Assembly (NCBI GenBank): GCA_044229845.1
Contig: JBGASG010000007.1
Span: 32,001 to 96,000 of the forward strand
From: Candidatus Obscuribacteraceae bacterium
GTDB taxonomy: Bacteria; Cyanobacteriota; Vampirovibrionia; Obscuribacterales; Obscuribacteraceae
Reading direction: 5' to 3'
Length of the DNA stretch: 64,000 bases
The notes beneath the pieces were generated by a model. The model had not been told where the DNA came from and did not search any database. It saw only the letters and a program-made list of their open reading frames with translations. Below are positions 1-9,758 of the stretch, in pieces; positions within the stretch are counted from its first letter, which is position 1; each line of letters starts with the position of its first letter. Both the position numbers and the translations under genes were made by a program.

Positions 1-241
1 CTGCCGGTAATGCGCCGACCATATCGGCTACCTGGGCTTGCAGGCTCTTCTTGCAAACCTCGGGGAAGTGGCGTTCTTCGTTGACCATGCCGCCTAACTG
101 CCCGCCCATGCCCACCGCGCAGGTTTTACAGGCATTGCGGGAGCGCATCTTTCGCCACAAGCGCAGGGGACCCACCTCCAGCGCTTTGCTGAAGGTATAG
201 AAAATTGCTGGAAACCCGCCGCCAAATCTGGTTTTGCGCAT
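1..241 (-). CDS. FdhF/YdeP-family molybdopterin oxidoreductase, N-terminal part (runs off the window start)
   Basis: Manual translation from the ATG at 241 gives MRKTRFGGGFPAIFYTFSKALEVGPLRLWRKMRSRNACKTCAVGMGGQLGGMVNEERHFPEVCKKSLQAQVADM. The NACKTCAxGMGGQ..FPEVCKKS segment matches the N-terminus of this family as I recall it. Not in the ORF track. Confidence 0.75.
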   Translation of the reverse strand, partial: MRKTRFGGGFPAIFYTFSKALEVGPLRLWRKMRSRNACKTCAVGMGGQLGGMVNEERHFPEVCKKSLQAQVADMVGALPA

Positions 242-309
242 CTACTCGAGAATCGATATCGGTTGCCGTGGTTTTGAAGTACTAAAGGATAGCGGGTTTA
301 TATCACCAA

Positions 310-338
310 TTCCACATCGCCGGGACTGGCACTATAAT
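310..338 (+). promoter_or_regulatory. Putative sigma70-type promoter for the TPR lipoprotein gene
   Basis: Perfect TATAAT at 333-338, weak -35 (TTCCAC) 17 bp upstream, start codon at 377. Confidence 0.45.
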
Positions 339-376
339 GGCCGCTTGATAGCGACTAAACCGGAATTGCAGGAAAT

Positions 377-1123
377 ATGGCTAAACAACACATCCTCAGT
401 TTCATAGCTGGAGCAAGCGTTCTTCTCTTTACCGCCGGATGCGGCGAGATGGAAAACGGCCAGCAGGCATTCGACCGTGGTACCCAGCTACTTAATGAAG
501 GACAGTACGACGACGCCATTCAGGCGTTCGACAAGGCCATTTCATTAGACCCGGGTCATTCCAAGGCTTACGCGTCGCGCGGCAGTGCGCTAAGTGATCA
601 GGGCAACTATGAGAAGGCGCTTGCCGATCTGACGAAAGCGATTGACCTGGCTAAGGAAGCCAATGATCAGGCGGTCCTCTCTGAGTATTACTTCAACCGC
701 GCGCTGGCCTATTCGCGCATGCAGAAGTACAAAGAGGGCATTGCCGACTTCGACATGGCAGTGCAGATGAGCCCCAACGACCCTGACTATTACAACGGGC
801 GGTCGCGCGCGTATTACTTCGCTGGTGATACCAATGCCAGTATCAAAGATGCGGGTGAAGCATTAGAACTCAATCAAGAGAAGGACGAACGTCGCGCACG
901 CAGCCTCTTCACCCGCGGGTCGGCATACTTGAAGGCGGGCAAGGTCAAAGAAGCGGTTACTGACTTGAGTGAGGCAGCTAATCTCGATAAGAAAAATGCC
1001 ACCATAATGCATGAGTTAGCCGAAGCTCAAAACAAGGCAGGCAACTCCGGCGAAGCGCAAGCCGATGAGAAGAAAGCGAAGACCCTTGGCTACAAGGGGC
1101 AGGACGCTTACTCGTTCCGCTAA
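377..1123 (+). CDS. TPR-repeat lipoprotein
   Basis: Signal peptide with lipobox (TAGC), then several TPR units such as AIQAFDKAISLDPGHSKAYASRG. Confidence 0.85.
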   Translation: MAKQHILSFIAGASVLLFTAGCGEMENGQQAFDRGTQLLNEGQYDDAIQAFDKAISLDPGHSKAYASRGSALSDQGNYEKALADLTKAIDLAKEANDQAVLSEYYFNRALAYSRMQKYKEGIADFDMAVQMSPNDPDYYNGRSRAYYFAGDTNASIKDAGEALELNQEKDERRARSLFTRGSAYLKAGKVKEAVTDLSEAANLDKKNATIMHELAEAQNKAGNSGEAQADEKKAKTLGYKGQDAYSFR

Positions 1124-1142
1124 AACGAGAGGGTGGCTATGG

Positions 1143-1991
1143 CTATTTGACCGCCGACTTTTCGGCGCGTGACTGGTCGCGCACGCGCTGACGAGTATCG
1201 GCTCGCACCTGGTCGCGCACGGAGAGTAGCTGGGCAACGATACTGACGGCGATTTCTTGCGGGTGGTTGGTGCCCAGGTCGAGTCCCATCGGGCAATAGA
1301 ATTTCGATGCGTATTCCGCCGCCAGTCCGGCTTCGGCGATGTCTTGTTTGAGGCGAGCGGCTTTGGCATCGCTGCCGATCACACCCAGATAGGGGAAGTT
1401 GCGCTCGGTGCGTAGTATCTCCAGCAAAATCGGCTTGTCGGTTGTGTGCCCCATGGTCATGAGCAAGACGAAGGCATCATCGGGAACAGCCGCCACCTGA
1501 GCCGGCATGTCCTCGGCGTGCACGGACCTGATCTTTGGGGAGTCGGGCAGCTTCTCCAGCCACTCGGGGCGGGGGTCGATGCAGGTGATACGGCACTCCA
1601 GGTTGCTGAGCAGCGAGGCAACGCACAGGGCTACGTGTCCGGAGCCGAAGATGACGATTTTCCAGCTGTTGACGTTATAAGTTTCGAAGTAGAGTTTGAC
1701 TGCCCCGCCGCAGGTCATGCCGATGTCGCGAGACAGGCTCCAGTTGACGAAGTGCGTGGTTTGTCCGCTGTCCAGTCGACTCAAAAGCGCCTGCGCTTCC
1801 TCGATCGCTCGTTTCTCGACCTTGCCACCGCCAACGGTGCCAAAGTGAAGTCCCTCGGCGGTTACCAGCATCTTATTGCCGGCATCTTGAGGAACACTGC
1901 CTGTGGTGTCGACCACGATGACGGACACGAAGGGTTGGTCGGCCTCCAGGAGCTCGTTGAGTTTTTCGTAGTACGAGGTGGACGTAGTCAT
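1143..1991 (-). CDS. xdhC: Xanthine dehydrogenase accessory protein XdhC
   Basis: GSVP..G.KM, GTVGGG, GMTCGG, IFGSGHVA, YLGVIGS and PMGL..P.EIA motifs. Start set at MTTSTSYY, immediately after the xdhB stop. Confidence 0.9.
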   Translation of the reverse strand: MTTSTSYYEKLNELLEADQPFVSVIVVDTTGSVPQDAGNKMLVTAEGLHFGTVGGGKVEKRAIEEAQALLSRLDSGQTTHFVNWSLSRDIGMTCGGAVKLYFETYNVNSWKIVIFGSGHVALCVASLLSNLECRITCIDPRPEWLEKLPDSPKIRSVHAEDMPAQVAAVPDDAFVLLMTMGHTTDKPILLEILRTERNFPYLGVIGSDAKAARLKQDIAEAGLAAEYASKFYCPMGLDLGTNHPQEIAVSIVAQLLSVRDQVRADTRQRVRDQSRAEKSAVK

Positions 1992-1992
1992 G

Positions 1993-4380
1993 TCACTTCT
2001 TATCTTTGTGAGCCAGTGCTGGTTTCTTTCCGGGGCCATGGGAGACAGAACTTTCGCCGTCAGCCAGTGCCAGGGCCATCACTATTTGTTGATTGGTGGC
2101 AGGCAGGCGCAAGCTCTGAGCAGCTTCTTTAGAAACGCAAGAGAGCGCGTGTTTGACCGCGTTCCAGACCGCCAGACCCAGGCACAGCGGCGGTTCGCCG
2201 ACAGCCTTGCTGCCTTTGACCTGCACGTTGGCCGGATTTTCGAAGTCGATCCAGTTGACGTTGAAGACCGCCGGTGTGTCCTGGATATTGGGAATTTTGT
2301 AGGTGGTCGGCGAGTGAGAGAGCAACCAGCCGTCTTCCTTGTAGACAAGTTCTTCAGTCGTCACCCAGCCCATGCCCTGAATGAAGGCGCCGGTCAACTG
2401 CCCGCGCGCGATGCCGGGATTGATCGGGCGTCCGATGTCCATGAGAATATCCACGCGTTCCACTTTTAGATCGCCGGTAAAACGATCGATCAGGACTTCC
2501 GCCACAGCACCGCCCGTGGTGAAGTACAAGAATGGATGTCCGGATGCCAGTTTTTCCGGTCCCGATTCCCACGACCAGTCGATGCCCTGCGTGGCATAAA
2601 AACCGCGCTCGCCCATGCTGACCCGGTTGCGGTAGGCGGCGGTGACCAGCTCTTTCCAGGTGATCTTGTGTTCGGGGCGTCGTTCGTCATAGACGAAACC
2701 AGCTTCGAAGACAACGCTAGCCGGCGCACGCTCGAGATCCAATTCTTTGGCGGACAGATATTCGGCGGCGAATTCTTTGAGACGCGCTTTGATGATGTGG
2801 CACGCGTTGACCGCCGCGCTGCCGTTGAGATCCGTGGCGCTGGATGCGGCTGTGGCAGACGTGTTGTTGTTCTTTTCGGTCGACGTCGCCATCACCAGTA
2901 CTTTGTCCAGTGCCAGGTCGAATTCACCGGCGACCAGTTGCCGAATGTTCGTGTTGACGCCCTGACCCATTTCGGTGGCACCGGTGGAAACTTGAATAGT
3001 GCCGTCGAGATAGATGTTGACCAGCGCACTCGCCTGGTTGAGAAACTTGGTGTTAAACGAAATGCCGAACTTGACGCCTGTGAAAGCGATGCCCTTCAGA
3101 TGCGTCTTCGACTGCTTGTTGAATTCCTCGACGGCCTTGAGGCGTTTCTTGTAGTCTGAAGAAACCACCAGTTCGTCGTAAATCACCGGCAGTGTGTTGT
3201 GGAAAATCAATTGATTGTACGGCGTGACGTTGCGGTCGCTGGTTCCGTACACATTGGCGCGCCGGACGTCGTAAGCATCTTTGCCGAGGTACATCGATAT
3301 CTCTTGCAGGATGTTCTCCATCGTCGCGATGCCCTGCGGTCCGCCAAAGCCCCGAAAAGCTGTGTTCGGCGGATAATTGGTTTTGCATACAGTGCCCCGC
3401 ACCTCGACATGCGGAATGTAGTACGCGTTGTCGATGTGCGTCATCGCGCGTGCCATGACCGCCGTCGAAAGATCGGCAAAGGCGCCGCCGTCCGAGTACA
3501 GATGAGCGTCCAACGCAGTAATGACGCCATCGTCGGTAAAGCCGACCTTCCACTGGTTCTGGAACGGGTGCCGCTTGCCGGTGACTTGCATGTCGTCATC
3601 TTTGCCGTAAATAATGCGAGCCGGCCGCTTCGTCTTAAGTGCCACCAGTGCCGCCATCACCGCGGGATGCGTGGCTTGACTTTCCTTGCCGCCAAATCCG
3701 CCGCCCATGCGCTTGGTGATTACGATCACCTGATTCATGTGCAAGCCGAGAACGTGCGCGATCACTTCCTGCACTTCAGTCGGGTGCTGCGTCGACGAGT
3801 GCACCACAACCTGATTGGCTTCGCCAGGATAGGCAATCGCCGCCTGCGACTCCAGATAGAAGTGGTCCTGCCCGTTGTTGTACCAGGTACCTTCGAGAAT
3901 ATGTTTAGCTTGCTTGAAACCAACTTCCAGCTCGCCGCGTTTGATCAGGCGCGGCATGCCGAGAAACTGTTTCTTCGCAATCGCATCATCAATTGCGAAC
4001 ACTGGAGTCAGCTTTTCGATATCGCACTTAATCGCTTGCTTCGCCAGGCGCGCGGCCACCCGCGTCTCGGCGGCAATGACCACAATCGGGTGCCCGATGA
4101 ATTCGCACAGCTCCTCGACCAGTAATGCCTCGTCGGCAATGATCGGTCCGAAGTTGTTGTGACCACCCAGATCCTTCGCGGTGTACAAGCCAACTACACC
4201 TTCGACCTTCTTTGCTTCGGAAAGGTCGAGCGAGCGAATGCGCCCATGTGCCACCGGGCTCCAGAAGAAGTCGACGACCAGCTCGCCCTTTTGCGGCGGA
4301 ATGTCATCGATATAAATAGATTGCCCCGAAACATGCCCAGGCGCACAGTCATGCGGAACGTCTTTTCCGACTATCGACAT
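1993..4380 (-). CDS. xdhB: Xanthine dehydrogenase molybdopterin-binding subunit
   Basis: QDHFYLE, STQHP, RMGGGFGGKESQ, AFRGFGGPQG, EMGQG and SKAVGEPP motifs. Confidence 0.95.
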   Translation of the reverse strand: MSIVGKDVPHDCAPGHVSGQSIYIDDIPPQKGELVVDFFWSPVAHGRIRSLDLSEAKKVEGVVGLYTAKDLGGHNNFGPIIADEALLVEELCEFIGHPIVVIAAETRVAARLAKQAIKCDIEKLTPVFAIDDAIAKKQFLGMPRLIKRGELEVGFKQAKHILEGTWYNNGQDHFYLESQAAIAYPGEANQVVVHSSTQHPTEVQEVIAHVLGLHMNQVIVITKRMGGGFGGKESQATHPAVMAALVALKTKRPARIIYGKDDDMQVTGKRHPFQNQWKVGFTDDGVITALDAHLYSDGGAFADLSTAVMARAMTHIDNAYYIPHVEVRGTVCKTNYPPNTAFRGFGGPQGIATMENILQEISMYLGKDAYDVRRANVYGTSDRNVTPYNQLIFHNTLPVIYDELVVSSDYKKRLKAVEEFNKQSKTHLKGIAFTGVKFGISFNTKFLNQASALVNIYLDGTIQVSTGATEMGQGVNTNIRQLVAGEFDLALDKVLVMATSTEKNNNTSATAASSATDLNGSAAVNACHIIKARLKEFAAEYLSAKELDLERAPASVVFEAGFVYDERRPEHKITWKELVTAAYRNRVSMGERGFYATQGIDWSWESGPEKLASGHPFLYFTTGGAVAEVLIDRFTGDLKVERVDILMDIGRPINPGIARGQLTGAFIQGMGWVTTEELVYKEDGWLLSHSPTTYKIPNIQDTPAVFNVNWIDFENPANVQVKGSKAVGEPPLCLGLAVWNAVKHALSCVSKEAAQSLRLPATNQQIVMALALADGESSVSHGPGKKPALAHKDKK

Positions 4381-5816
4381 GTAGCTGACTCCTTGTTCTC
4401 TTGTAACTCGAAATAGAGTTTTTGCATGATGTTGGCAGCAAGTTGGTTGCGGAAGTCTGCGGAACCGCGCACGTCGGAGATAGGAGTAATCTCCTTTTTC
4501 GCGAGCGCTCCGGCTTCTTTGAAGGACTTCTCGTCATCGATGCTCTTGCCGGCAAGAAACTTTTCAGTCTGCGGCAGGCGCAACACCACCGGTCCCACGC
4601 CACCATATGCGATGCGCGCCGATTTCACCTGCCGCTTCTCCTCGAGTTCGAGATAGAATGCGGCGGTAAACGTCGAGATGTCGAGATTGCGGCGCCGCGA
4701 TACTTTATATAGTTTCAGCACGTCGCCGGCGGCAGGCAGCGGAATGTGAATGCGGGCGACCAGCTCATCGGGTTTGAGATCGAGCTGCTTGTAGCCCTTG
4801 TAAAACTGATTGATGTTAACGCTGCGTGTACCGCTTGTGCCGAACAGCTCCAGCTCTGCATTGCTGACGAGAAGAAACGGAATGGTGTCGGCAATCGGTG
4901 AGGCATTGACGATGTTGCCGGCCAGCGTTCCCGAGTAGCGAATCTGCGGCGATCCGAACAACCACATGATGCCGTGCAGCTCGGGTATCCGCTGTTCAAC
5001 AGTTTCTTCCAGCTGAGCGAGAGTGGCGAGCGCGCCGACAATCAGCTTGTCCTTCTCACATACAATTTCATTGAGTCCGGGAATTTTGTTCAGGCACAAC
5101 ACATCTTTTGGTTCTAGACCACGCTTGTTCAGCACCACACAAACATCGGTGCCGCCGGCAACCACTGTCAGTCCTGAATGCTTTGCTTTGAACTGAGCCG
5201 CCTCGCCCAGGTCGCGCGGCACGCACAGGTCACGCCCTTGATCTGCGATAGCGACAGCTTCGCTGCTGCATTTCTGGAAGTCTTGCATCATCGCTTTGGA
5301 CGGGTAGAGCGCCGCAAGTTTCGTCACGCCGTTGGCGTCAACTGCCAGCCCTGCCTTGATGATCGGCTCGTAGCCGGTGCAGCGGCAGAGATTTCCTGTC
5401 AGGCCGTCTTTGATTTCCTTCTCGCCGACGCTCGGGCAGCGGTCGAAAACCGAGCACATCGCCACCACAAATCCGGGAGTGCAAAACCCGCACTGGGCTC
5501 CGTGGCATGCGACCATCGCCTCCTGGACAGGATTGAGCGCGCTGGGTGGGGTCAATCCTTCGATGGTCACCACATGCGTCAGGTCTAGCTGGCACATGAG
5601 CAGAATGCAGGAGTTGACCGGCTTGTAGCTCATATCGCCGCCGACGATGCTTCCGAGCAGGACGGTGCATGCTCCGCAGTCGCCCTCTTCGCAGACGATC
5701 TTGGTACCGGTCTGCCCCTGGCTATAGCGCAGAAAGTTGGACAAAGTCTTGAAAGCGTCGCCTGCGCGCACTTCCAGCCGTTGCCCGTTGACATAGAGGA
5801 GGATGTAATCTCGCAT
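4371..5816 (-). CDS. xdhA: Xanthine dehydrogenase small subunit (2Fe-2S plus FAD)
   Basis: CEEGDCGAC, QCGFCTPG, GNLCRCTGY, AGGTD and ASPIAD motifs. Overlaps the xdhB start. Start codon uncertain (5816-5828). Confidence 0.92.
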   Translation of the reverse strand: MRDYILLYVNGQRLEVRAGDAFKTLSNFLRYSQGQTGTKIVCEEGDCGACTVLLGSIVGGDMSYKPVNSCILLMCQLDLTHVVTIEGLTPPSALNPVQEAMVACHGAQCGFCTPGFVVAMCSVFDRCPSVGEKEIKDGLTGNLCRCTGYEPIIKAGLAVDANGVTKLAALYPSKAMMQDFQKCSSEAVAIADQGRDLCVPRDLGEAAQFKAKHSGLTVVAGGTDVCVVLNKRGLEPKDVLCLNKIPGLNEIVCEKDKLIVGALATLAQLEETVEQRIPELHGIMWLFGSPQIRYSGTLAGNIVNASPIADTIPFLLVSNAELELFGTSGTRSVNINQFYKGYKQLDLKPDELVARIHIPLPAAGDVLKLYKVSRRRNLDISTFTAAFYLELEEKRQVKSARIAYGGVGPVVLRLPQTEKFLAGKSIDDEKSFKEAGALAKKEITPISDVRGSADFRNQLAANIMQKLYFELQENKESATCR

Positions 5817-5919
5817 AATCCGCGCCATCGCTGAAACATCACAATGATATCTCACCTATATGCCGGTGGGGGCGGTTTTACGGCACCTGAACCGTTTCTC
5901 AGTCGACCAGCCGGATGTA

Positions 5920-5940
5920 TTCTGAACATTCGTTCCAGAA
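5920..5940. promoter_or_regulatory. Imperfect palindrome, candidate TetR operator between divergent xdhA and tetR
   Basis: TTCTGAAC-ATTC-GTTCCAGAA with core GAAC-N4-GTTC, about 50 bp upstream of the TetR start. Confidence 0.5.
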
Positions 5941-5991
5941 AGAGGTAGAATGCCCGGGGGACCACCCCTGCGCTCTGTCGACTGAACGACC

Positions 5992-6576
5992 ATGGCAAGA
6001 AAGAAAGAGTTTGACGAGTTTGATGTATTGAACCGGGCGATGGAAATCTTCTGGCGTCAGGGCTATGAAGGCACGTCCATCCAGGACCTTGTCGAACAAA
6101 TGGGGATTAATCGCGGCAGCCTCTACGGGACTTTCGCCGACAAGCGGGCGCTTTTCCTGGCCGCCATTCAGCATTACGACCGCACTGTCATCGCTGTGGT
6201 TGTAGAACGGCTCCACGAGCCGCATCCGTCAGCCAAGCAGCAGATTATTGACTACATCATGAGTGTGGCGGTGAAGGCTGCCAGTCCGGGACAGCGCGAA
6301 GGCTGTTTCTTGACTAACTCAGCAGTGGAAGTGGGGGCGCACGATCCCGAAGCAGAACGCAGCGTTCTGGAGGCGATGCGCCGCATCGAGCAAGCTCTCT
6401 ATGAAGCTCTCGTGCGCGCCCGTCGCGCCGGCGAAATCAGACCGCAAAAGGACCTGCGAGCCCTGGCGCGCTATCTGACCAGCAGCATTCAAGGACTTCA
6501 GGTAATGGGCAAAATCCTGCCTGACAAACGCGCTTTGCTCGATATCGCGGAAATTATTGTAGCGGCTCTGGACTGA
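5992..6576 (+). CDS. TetR/AcrR family transcriptional regulator
   Basis: MAR.KEFD..FWRQGYEGTS..GINRGSLY..F.DK..LF helix-turn-helix; GCFLTN in the C-terminal domain. Confidence 0.93.
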   Translation: MARKKEFDEFDVLNRAMEIFWRQGYEGTSIQDLVEQMGINRGSLYGTFADKRALFLAAIQHYDRTVIAVVVERLHEPHPSAKQQIIDYIMSVAVKAASPGQREGCFLTNSAVEVGAHDPEAERSVLEAMRRIEQALYEALVRARRAGEIRPQKDLRALARYLTSSIQGLQVMGKILPDKRALLDIAEIIVAALD

Positions 6577-7783
6577 CCGCAGCCGGAATAACACTTTGCG
6601 CGGCCAGGTTTTTGATATCGCCGTCGCTGTAGCCCAGTTCGGCAAGCAAGCGACGTGTCGTCACTGCCGGATCTGCGGGCGCCACCATGCCGTTGCCGCC
6701 GTTTGTGCCGGGTCGGTGGCGTTCCATAAATCCAGTCGGTGTGCGCAACTGCGGAATCGAGCCGAGTTTCGGATGTTGCAGGTTGCAGAGCACTTGCCGC
6801 TCTTGCGCGGGCGGATAGTTGACGGCTTCTTGAATGTTATTGACGGGTGATACGCAGCAGTTGCTGTTGTCGAAAATCTGCACCCACTGTTCGCGCGATT
6901 TGCTGCCGATGATCTGTGTCAGCGTTTCCTTCATTTGTAGATTTGGACCGAGCGGATATTTCGTAATCAGGTCGGGGCGTTCGATGCGGCGGCAGAACTC
7001 TTCCCAGAACTGCGGCTCCAGTGGAGCCACCGCTAGATAGTTGCCATCCAGACAGCGATAGATATTGTAGTTAGCCACGGCATCCCGGTAGTCGGGATCG
7101 CTTTCGCGCATCGGCTTGCCCATGTATCCCCAGGCTGTGGCCAGCAAGTTGACGGTGGAAAGTGAGGACTCGAACATGCTGATGTCGAGGTGGCGGCCGG
7201 CGCCGTCGGTGCGCTGGCGTTCATACAAGGCTGCCACTATGGACAGTGCCGCGTAAGTAGCGCTCATATAGTCTGAGACCAGCAATCCGGTTACGCGTGG
7301 CTCGCCGTTGGGTAGTGCCGTTTGCGACAGAACTCCTGACTCGGCGACGAAGTTGAGATCGTGTCCGGGGCGTTGACTCCAGGCAGAGTTCTGCCCGTAT
7401 CCGGAGATCGAGCAGTAGATCAGTCCGGGATTGACCGCCTGCAGGGCACTATATCCGATACCAAGTCGATCCATGACTCCCGGACGAAAGTTTTCAATTA
7501 CGACGTCGACATCTTTGACGAGTCGCATGATGATCTGAATGGCGGCCGCCTGTTTGAGGTCGAGCGCGATACGCGATTTTTCGCGGTGTACGCTCCAGTA
7601 ATAAAGGCTCTCGCCTTTTATGATGGGAGGCAGGCGTTGAGCCAATCCAGGTTTGAGCGACTCGACCCGCGTGATGTTGCAGCCCAGGTCGACCAGGATA
7701 GTGGAACAAAGTTCGCCCGGCAGGAGATGCGAGAAATCAAGTACTCTAACATTGGTTAACGGCACGCCAGGCAGCTCCCGCAA
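6554..7783 (-). CDS. CaiB/BaiF family III CoA-transferase
   Basis: RVLDFSHLLPG, ENFRPGVMDRLG, YCSISGYGQ and GHDLNF (catalytic Asp). Confidence 0.92.
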   Translation of the reverse strand: MRELPGVPLTNVRVLDFSHLLPGELCSTILVDLGCNITRVESLKPGLAQRLPPIIKGESLYYWSVHREKSRIALDLKQAAAIQIIMRLVKDVDVVIENFRPGVMDRLGIGYSALQAVNPGLIYCSISGYGQNSAWSQRPGHDLNFVAESGVLSQTALPNGEPRVTGLLVSDYMSATYAALSIVAALYERQRTDGAGRHLDISMFESSLSTVNLLATAWGYMGKPMRESDPDYRDAVANYNIYRCLDGNYLAVAPLEPQFWEEFCRRIERPDLITKYPLGPNLQMKETLTQIIGSKSREQWVQIFDNSNCCVSPVNNIQEAVNYPPAQERQVLCNLQHPKLGSIPQLRTPTGFMERHRPGTNGGNGMVAPADPAVTTRRLLAELGYSDGDIKNLAAQSVIPAAVSPEPLQ

Positions 7784-7810
7784 GTTGATTCGGCAGAATC
7801 AGAAATCCTA

Positions 7811-8210
7811 TCACGGACGCCCGTCGACGGGAGTCGCTGCTCTCAATGCTTGAAGGTGGGCGTCGTCCTGTTCCGCCAGATCTAGGGCAGGATGTTCCGA
7901 GATTCTGGGAAATGAGAAAATCGGCGCGCGATTGCAGCATCCAAGAATTGTCGGGGTCCAGCTCGACGGCTCTGTTGAAGCAGCTAAGCGCTTCTTTTCT
8001 CGTAGAACTTGGCAGGCGAATTATTGGAGAGCCATGGATCTACGCCGGACTCTGCTGCCACTGGATCGACTCGGTACTGCAGCCAAAGTTGATTCAGGCG
8101 CTTTTGTGTTGCCTGCTGCTCGGTGTGAGCTGCAAGCGCGTCGTCCAGACCTGAGCACCAAGCACCGCGGACAGTATCATGCTGTGCTTGACTAGCGCGT
8201 GCCGCTTCAT
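7811..8210 (-). pseudogene. Degraded exported TPR protein gene with multiple frameshifts
   Basis: Its ATG overlaps the upstream stop (ATGA at 8207-8210). A signal-like MKRHALVKHSMILSAVLG is followed by segments in different frames, including the TPR-like EALSCFNRAVELDPDNSWMLQSRA and a final LDLAEQDDAHLQALR...stop at 7811-7813. Confidence 0.55.
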
Positions 8211-9691
8211 TGCTCCCTGCTACCGGCGAGGTCATGCAACTGGAGAGCCTTTTTGGCATCGGCGTCAGCCTCTTGCAACAATCCGAGGCGACGCAGGGCG
8301 CGAGAACGCATTTGGTAAGCAACCGATGAATCAGGTTGCCGGCGCAATATGGCGTTCGCGTCAGCAAGCGCGTTGCCCGGCAGCTGTAATGCCATATACG
8401 CAGTGGCGCGGTTATACAAAGGCGCAGGCTCCCCGGGAAAGGTGGTGTGCGCCAACGTGAAGTCTTCGACGGCATCCCAGTTTTGCCCGAGTTCGAAATG
8501 ACACTGACCCCTGATGTGATAGGCGGTGGATAGATTGGGATCGCGCTTGATGATCTGCGTCGTGTGTTCGATCGCTTTGGTATAGCGACGTGCTCTGAAC
8601 TCAGCGTTCGCCAGCTCCAATTGCAGAGGAATAGAGTCAGCAGCTAAAGACAGCGCCTGTTCTGCACAAACGACTGCTTCTTCGGCTCGCCCAATGTTGA
8701 CCAGACATTGAATTTTACGCTGCCGGGCAGTGATTGAATTGGGTTCAAGTTCGACGGCTCTGGTGGCACTGGCTAGTGCCTCTTCCTTGCGATCGAGGCG
8801 GGTCAATATGCGACTCCTCTGGATGAACGCGCGCGCCGAGTCAGGAGCCATGCGTGCAGCTTGATCGGCGAACTCCAGCGCTGCATCATCGTAATTGACG
8901 AAAAAGGCAAAGTCGGATGCGGTCAGACTGACCGTAGGGCTTTTTGCGATATCGCACGCCTTTCGCAGGTATTGCAACGCCTCTGTCTTGTGTCCCTCAT
9001 AGCCGGAAGCCAGTCCGAGATACAAATAGACGTGCTCATTTTTCGGCCAGCGCTCGGCGGTCTTAAGAAGCAGGCGCCTTTGTTCGTTAAAGGCGCCCAG
9101 GCGGCCGTACAGCTGCGCCACTCCCAGACAGAAATCAGGAGACGGAGTCTTTTCGGTCGCCTCCGCCTTTCGTAACGCTTGTTCGCTGAGGGTCCAGTTC
9201 TTCAGTTGATAATAGCTCTCGGCGCGATAGAGATATCCGGTTGAGCGGTTCGGTGCGATGCTTACAGCTTGGTTTGCTGCATCTAGGGCTTTCTCGAATT
9301 TACCGTCGTGGATCAGTACGTTGCTGCGCAGGCAGAGGTAGTAGTCTGCATCGTCATCTATCTGCGACCTATCATCTGCCACCATCAGTGCTTCGGCAAA
9401 TTTCTTGTCGTGCATCAATATGGTGATTTTTGTGGAGTTGAGGAAGCGGCGAACGTCGGAGGAGAGTTTTAGTGGCAACATGCTGTTGATAATGGACAGT
9501 GCTCTCTCTGGATGTGACCCGGACAGCTGGCGAATTTTGCTGCAAGCATCCTGCACATTGTCTTTTGTCGTTGTCGCCGGAGGCGCAGCGGATTCTTTGC
9601 CGGTCACCGGGTGCTGCACGACAACGGCTAGCACAGCCAATGACATGGCAGCAAGAGTGAGCAGTTGACGTATTGATGATTGTTCGGGCAT
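8207..9691 (-). CDS. Exported TPR-repeat protein
   Basis: Likely start MPEQSSIRQLLTLAAMSLAVLAVV (signal or TM segment), then many TPRs. The upstream part of the track ORF is the antisense shadow of the SDR gene. Confidence 0.85.
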   Translation of the reverse strand: MPEQSSIRQLLTLAAMSLAVLAVVVQHPVTGKESAAPPATTTKDNVQDACSKIRQLSGSHPERALSIINSMLPLKLSSDVRRFLNSTKITILMHDKKFAEALMVADDRSQIDDDADYYLCLRSNVLIHDGKFEKALDAANQAVSIAPNRSTGYLYRAESYYQLKNWTLSEQALRKAEATEKTPSPDFCLGVAQLYGRLGAFNEQRRLLLKTAERWPKNEHVYLYLGLASGYEGHKTEALQYLRKACDIAKSPTVSLTASDFAFFVNYDDAALEFADQAARMAPDSARAFIQRSRILTRLDRKEEALASATRAVELEPNSITARQRKIQCLVNIGRAEEAVVCAEQALSLAADSIPLQLELANAEFRARRYTKAIEHTTQIIKRDPNLSTAYHIRGQCHFELGQNWDAVEDFTLAHTTFPGEPAPLYNRATAYMALQLPGNALADANAILRRQPDSSVAYQMRSRALRRLGLLQEADADAKKALQLHDLAGSREQ

Positions 9692-9758
9692 ACAGTTATT
9701 TTGCCCGATTGGTGAAGGTTTCATGCCGTGCGGAGCGCTCGGTGCTAATATTTGCGCT

